From positions 5,126-69,125 of the forward strand of contig CAXTBW010000003.1 in assembly GCA_964242925.1 (NCBI GenBank): a DNA stretch of 64,000 nucleotides. The letters are read 5' to 3'. Positions 59,902-64,000 of the stretch are shown here, piece after piece. A program made the position numbers and the translations under genes. How positions within the stretch are numbered: the first letter of the stretch is position 1; every line of letters starts with the position of its first letter. The notes under the pieces were generated by a model. The model was not told the DNA's origin, made no database searches, and worked only from the letters and a program-made list of their open reading frames with translations. Source of the DNA: an uncultured Acetobacteraceae bacterium. Its GTDB lineage: Bacteria > Pseudomonadota > Alphaproteobacteria > Acetobacterales > Acetobacteraceae.

Positions 59902-60686
59902 GCGGGCGGCCAGGCGAATCGGGTGATCGGCGCGTCGGCATCCGGCTCGCAGGGCGCGAGGCGGTAGCCGGCGGCGGCCGCGCGGGCGCCGTCATGGGTG
60001 ACGAGCACGGTTGCGGCGCCGTCGCGCTCGGCGACCTCGGTGAGCAGGTGGAGGATGGCGTCGGCCTGCGCCGGGTGGACGGAGGCGGTGGGCTCGTCGG
60101 CGAGCACGATCGGCGGGTGGTGGGCGATGGCGCGGGCGATGGCGACCCGCTGGCGCTGGCCGACGGAGATCTGCGCCGGCCGGCGGTTCAGGATGGCGCC
60201 GAGACCGAGCTGGTAGGCCAGGTCCGCCACCCGCTGCGGGTCTGGCCGGCCGAGGATGGCCAACGGCAGGGCGATATTCTGCTGCACCGTCAGGAACGGC
60301 AGCAGGGCGGCGGTTTGCGGCACGAAGCCGATGGAGGACGCGCGCAGGGCGGCCAGCGCGTCCGCTGCGTTGTCGCGCCACAACGCCAGCGCGTCGCCGC
60401 CGCCGAGCAGCAGGCCGCCCGCTCCGTCATCGGGCCGCAGCGCGCCGGCGAGCAGGGCCAGCATCGTGCTCTTGCCGCAGCCGGACGGCCCGGTGATGGC
60501 GACGCGCTCGCCGGCGCGGACGAAGAGGCGGTCGATGCGCAGGGTGAAGTCGGAGCCGCCCGCGGAGTAGGAGCGTCCTATGTCCCAGGCGGCCAAGGCG
60601 CAACTCTCCGCTTCTTCCTCTCCCGCTCGCGGGAGAGGGTCGGGGTGAGGGGAATGCGGGATCCTCACACGCGCCGCCACCCTCAC
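59898..60686 (-). CDS. LolD-like ABC ATPase, TagT-like
   Basis: GPSGCGKST, ISVGQRQRVAIARA, LADEPT, VTHD; true start may be TTG at 60596. Confidence 0.88.
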   Translation of the reverse strand: MRVAARVRIPHSPHPDPLPRAGEEEAESCALAAWDIGRSYSAGGSDFTLRIDRLFVRAGERVAITGPSGCGKSTMLALLAGALRPDDGAGGLLLGGGDALALWRDNAADALAALRASSIGFVPQTAALLPFLTVQQNIALPLAILGRPDPQRVADLAYQLGLGAILNRRPAQISVGQRQRVAIARAIAHHPPIVLADEPTASVHPAQADAILHLLTEVAERDGAATVLVTHDGARAAAAGYRLAPCEPDADAPITRFAWPPA

Positions 60687-60714
60687 CCAACCCTCTCCCG
60701 CAGGCGGGAGAGGG
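60617..60714. repeat. REP-like composite palindromic element
   Basis: CCTCTCCCGCTCGCGGGAGAGGGTCGGGGTGAGGG and its inverted copy CCCTCACCCAACCCTCTCCCGCAGGCGGGAGAGGG. Confidence 0.85.
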
Positions 60715-60741
60715 CCTTTTGACGCGTGGTATGGCCGAGGG

Positions 60742-62691
60742 TCACGGCAGGGCGTCGAGGGGGACGGGGTACATCGCCTCGCCGGGCGTGCGGCTGCCGG
60801 ACAGGTCGACCCACAAATCGGGTTGCGCTTGGTACTCCTGATACAGCCGCAGCTTGGCCTCGACGTTATTCAGCACGGTGCGCTGCGCGATCGCGCCCAT
60901 GCTGAGCCAATCCGGCTCCGCAATGTTCATGATGTCCGACTGGTAGGGCAACCCGTCCAGATACTCGCCCAGCAGCCCGCCGATGTTCTGCGCGCCGGCG
61001 ATCCGGCTCGGGTCGCGGGCGGTCGCGGCAAAGGCGGAGCGCAACTGGGTGAAGAAGGTGCGGGAGTCCAGCCGCTGCGCGATGCCGGCGTCCAGGATGG
61101 TCTTGAGGCTCTTGGCCAGGTCCGAAAGCTGATTGCGGGTCAGCAGCACGCGAACGTCCAGGCTGGACAGCTCGGGGTTTGCCAGGTCGCGGTCCGTGGT
61201 CCAGCTGCGGATCACGTCGGGCGCGCGGGTGCCTTCCAGGCGGCCGAGATAGGTCAGCCGCATGGCATTCGATACGACGTCGATCTGTTGCTGCTGCGGC
61301 CCGTTCAACGCGCCGCCGCCCTCGACCGCGTGCCCGGTCGCGGCCGCGGCCTGGCGCAGCAGCGCGGTGGACAGCGCCTCGACGGTCTGCGCGAAGCTGT
61401 CCGCGGCGCCGTTCGGCACGGGGAAGTACAGCGAGCCGGCGGCATCGAAGCGGGACAGCTCGGTATATTGCGCGCGCGCCGGCTCGTGGTCGTGCCGCGC
61501 CCGGCCCTCGGGGGTGAGCAGGTGGATGACCAGGACGGCGATGCCGCGCGCCTTCGCCAACTCACGGATCTCGGCGATGTTCAGGTGGGTGAGGCTATGC
61601 GGGTGCGTGGAGGTGCGCGCGCCCGCATCGGTGACGAGCACGACGAAGCGGCCGGCCATGCCGTTCCAGTCGATCTCGTCGATCGCGGTCTTGATGCCGC
61701 CGATCGGGTCCTCGTCGAACCCGGTGGACGAGGCGGTGGCCTGCGCAACGTCGGCGAGCGCGGGCAGGATTGCGTCGGCGGGCTTGGTGAAGTCGGGCCG
61801 GGCGTAGACCCGAGTCGGGTAACCCAGGCCGGGGTTGTCGGCGAGGCTGTCGCGATAGGCGACCAGGCCGAAGCGGAAATCGTTCTTCGCGGACGACGCG
61901 CCGATGCGGCTGACGATGCTGCGGATCGCGTCGCGGGTGCGGTCTATGTACGGCTGCATGCTCATCGTGGTGTCGAGCACGAAGACCACGCCGGCGCGGT
62001 ACGGCTCGGCGGGCGGGGGCGCCGGGCGGTCCGGCTGGGACGGCACGCTGATCACCTGCAACAGGCGCAGCGGGGGGCCGAACTCGCGCTCGACGGTCTG
62101 CGCCTCGATGATCGGCATCAGGTAGAAATTGTGCGCGAAGTCGACATGGGTGGCCGGCTCGACCGCGAGCACCGGCGCCGCGTCGGTGTGCGCGGCTGCT
62201 GCAGCTGCGGCGGCGGTGCGCAGCGCGGCCGCCTTGTCGCCGGCCTGGGCATCGAGCATCAGCAGGCGTTCGTTCTGCTCGCTGTCCAGGAACAGCACGG
62301 GCTGGCGGCCGGACGGGTTGGTGAAGGCGGCGATCATGGTGTGCTGCCACTCGATCGCGCGGTCGGCGGCGATCCAGCCCACGGTGCGGCCGTCCGCGGT
62401 GGGGCCGACCTCGAGCGCGTCGCCCTGCTTGGCGTAGACGTAGAACACGGTGAAGCCCGGCACGGAGCTGCCGCCGCGGCCGCCGGGCTGCGGCGAGAGG
62501 GTGGCGCCCGGCCGGGTCACGACACGTTGGAACAGCGACTGCTTGCCGGGCAGCAGCAGCGGCGTGCGCGCGGCTGACGGCGTTTGCGCTGCGACAGGAG
62601 CGGTTAGGAGCAGCATCACCGTTAGGGCGCGCATCATTACGAGGTAGGCCGCACCTACCTTCCCGTCATGCCAGGGCTTGACGATGATCAT
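60742..62691 (-). CDS. Exported vWA-domain protein resembling the periplasmic half of PpkA
   Basis: Signal peptide, PLLLPGKQSLFQRVVTRPG, MIDAS-like VFVLDTTMSM, FGLVAYRD, LVTDAGA, ends YPVPLDALP; alternative start 62637. Confidence 0.8.
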   Translation of the reverse strand: MIIVKPWHDGKVGAAYLVMMRALTVMLLLTAPVAAQTPSAARTPLLLPGKQSLFQRVVTRPGATLSPQPGGRGGSSVPGFTVFYVYAKQGDALEVGPTADGRTVGWIAADRAIEWQHTMIAAFTNPSGRQPVLFLDSEQNERLLMLDAQAGDKAAALRTAAAAAAAAHTDAAPVLAVEPATHVDFAHNFYLMPIIEAQTVEREFGPPLRLLQVISVPSQPDRPAPPPAEPYRAGVVFVLDTTMSMQPYIDRTRDAIRSIVSRIGASSAKNDFRFGLVAYRDSLADNPGLGYPTRVYARPDFTKPADAILPALADVAQATASSTGFDEDPIGGIKTAIDEIDWNGMAGRFVVLVTDAGARTSTHPHSLTHLNIAEIRELAKARGIAVLVIHLLTPEGRARHDHEPARAQYTELSRFDAAGSLYFPVPNGAADSFAQTVEALSTALLRQAAAATGHAVEGGGALNGPQQQQIDVVSNAMRLTYLGRLEGTRAPDVIRSWTTDRDLANPELSSLDVRVLLTRNQLSDLAKSLKTILDAGIAQRLDSRTFFTQLRSAFAATARDPSRIAGAQNIGGLLGEYLDGLPYQSDIMNIAEPDWLSMGAIAQRTVLNNVEAKLRLYQEYQAQPDLWVDLSGSRTPGEAMYPVPLDALP

Positions 62692-63833
62692 GGCCAGAAG
62701 TCCCGCAGGATGAGTTCGGATTGCATGTCGCCGGTGGCTGCCTTGGCTCGCAGGAAGGCCTGCAGCGCGTCGCGCTTGGCGGCCACGTCGGGGACGCCGG
62801 CGCGGCTGGCGTCGCGGTAGTAGCGGGCGGCCTGGCGCGGGTCGGGTTTGGCCAGCAACGGGCTGGGCCGGAAGGTGACCGGGTCGTAGAGCCCGCCGAG
62901 CGTCATCATCGCGCTGCCGTCGCCGCGGTCGGCGGCTTCCTCCAGCAGCAGCATGCCGTCGTCGGGCTTGCCCTGGGACAGCCGGCGGCGCCCCTCGGCG
63001 GCGATCGCGCCCACGTTGGGCGCGCGGCTCAGCACGTCCGGCACGCTCATGTCGGCGAGCGGGCGCGGCGGCGTACCGGGGGGCGTAACGGGTTGTGCAA
63101 CTGGGGGCGTGACCGGCGGCGTGATCGGCGGAACCGTCCGTGGCGGCAGTGGCTGCGGCGTGGGCCGCGGCGTCGGCGCGGGCGGCGTGACCACGACCTC
63201 GGTGTGGCGGAAGTATGCGTAGGTCGCCTCCGCCGTCGCGACCAGCAGCAGCAACGCGAGGATCAGCAAGCCGCGTTTCAGCAGCCCATCGCTCTTACGG
63301 CGCGCGCCGGGGGGCGGCAGCGGCGGAGGCGCCACGGGGGGACGGGGTAGCGGTGGCGGCGCAGGCGGTGGCTTCGGCGCAGGCGGTGGCGGCGGCCTCG
63401 GCGCAGGCGGTGGAGGCGGTGGCGACGCAGGCGGTGGCGACGCAGGCGGCGGCGGTGCTGGCGGCGGCGGCGCAGGGGGAGGCGGCGCGGCGACCATGCG
63501 GGCGCGGGAGGCGGCGCGGACCGGGCGGATGTCGGGCCAGCTCGCCGCCTCGTCAATGCGGGCGGCGGGCACGGCCACAAGGTAGGTGCCGGCCTCCAGA
63601 TGCGCGCATACCCCCCAGCCCACGGTCAGCAGCAGGCCGCCGCCATCGGTGGCGACGGCGTCCGGCTGCAGCAGAGCGTCCTCGCCCTGCCAGCCGTTCG
63701 GTCCGAGGTTGCCCTGGTCCCAGCCTTCCCGCCGAATGCGCAGCCCCGGTGACCCGGCGGCGGCCGCGGCCCCGGCGACGCGCAGCTGGGCGGTGCCCGC
63801 GCGACCTTCGGGGTCGGGCACGACGGTGATCAT
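62688..63833 (-). CDS. Bitopic Pro-rich membrane protein with C-terminal Sel1-like repeats
   Basis: About 100-aa N-terminal domain, poly-Pro linker, TM (GLLILALLLLVA), LEEAADRGDGSAMMTLGGLYDP...AARYYRDA. Confidence 0.72.
   Translation of the reverse strand: MITVVPDPEGRAGTAQLRVAGAAAAAGSPGLRIRREGWDQGNLGPNGWQGEDALLQPDAVATDGGGLLLTVGWGVCAHLEAGTYLVAVPAARIDEAASWPDIRPVRAASRARMVAAPPPPAPPPPAPPPPASPPPASPPPPPPAPRPPPPPAPKPPPAPPPLPRPPVAPPPLPPPGARRKSDGLLKRGLLILALLLLVATAEATYAYFRHTEVVVTPPAPTPRPTPQPLPPRTVPPITPPVTPPVAQPVTPPGTPPRPLADMSVPDVLSRAPNVGAIAAEGRRRLSQGKPDDGMLLLEEAADRGDGSAMMTLGGLYDPVTFRPSPLLAKPDPRQAARYYRDASRAGVPDVAAKRDALQAFLRAKAATGDMQSELILRDFWP
63312..63490. repeat. Low-complexity poly-proline coding repeats (about 15-nt units)
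   Basis: Tandem GGCGACGCAGGCGGT-like units encoding [10 protein letters not shown]. Confidence 0.7.
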
Positions 63834-64000
63834 GCGCGGCGCGCCTCCAGGTGAACCAGGATGCCGCCGAGCGCCTCGTTGGCGGCGATGTCGAGGCCGG
63901 ACGCCCCCGGGTCCTGCACGTTGTCCTCGAAGGTGCGCTGCAGCGCGGTCATCCAGTCGATGTGGAACACCCGGTCATAGGGCGCCGCGGTGGCGCCGAG
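63830..64000 (-). CDS. C-terminal fragment of probable SrfC-family protein (truncated by window edge)
   Basis: Open frame LGATAAPYDRVFHIDWMTALQRTFEDNVQDPGASGLDIAANEALGGILVHLEARRA*; DW..AL / N..LG.IL pattern; ATGA overlap with next gene. Confidence 0.6.
   Translation of the reverse strand, partial: LGATAAPYDRVFHIDWMTALQRTFEDNVQDPGASGLDIAANEALGGILVHLEARRA

Noticed and set aside
57152-62691. Calling this a type VI secretion cluster
   Set aside because: No tss structural genes, hcp, vgrG, fha or kinase domain within the window

Overview
GC-rich alphaproteobacterial chromosome segment. The gene content and order (tkt, tal-pgi, gnd, zwf, HAD, pgl, rpiA, gntK; cckA-recA; single-Cys DksA) suggest Acetobacteraceae/Rhodospirillales; this is an inference. 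Left to right: glmU-glmS; a cupin; prpD-prpC; a Lys/Ala/Pro histone H1-like gene behind a sigma-EcfG-type promoter; otnK-otnC; and a large flagellar cluster (flgI/J/N, fliX, dksA, flgFGAH, fliLM, motE, cheY/cheZ-like, a 954-aa exported protein, fliPO, flgBC, fliEQR, flhB, cckA) with recognisable sigma54, FlbD/ftr-like and CtrA-like sites, interrupted by speD-speE. Next come recA with an alpha-type LexA box, small metabolic genes, hisF-hisE-HIT, a full pentose phosphate operon and a CHASE3/REC/HisKA_2 signalling triad. The most interesting part is the right end (55.9-64 kb). It encodes counterparts of the Pseudomonas T6SS envelope-sensing proteins TagQ, TagR, TagS and TagT and of the periplasmic vWA half of PpkA. 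No kinase and no T6SS gene lie in the window. These genes are instead chained by overlapping start/stop codons to a Pro-rich Sel1-like membrane protein and the C-terminus of a probable SrfC. No rRNA, tRNA, CRISPR array or transposase was recognised. All calls are by eye from motifs and synteny; no database searches were run.
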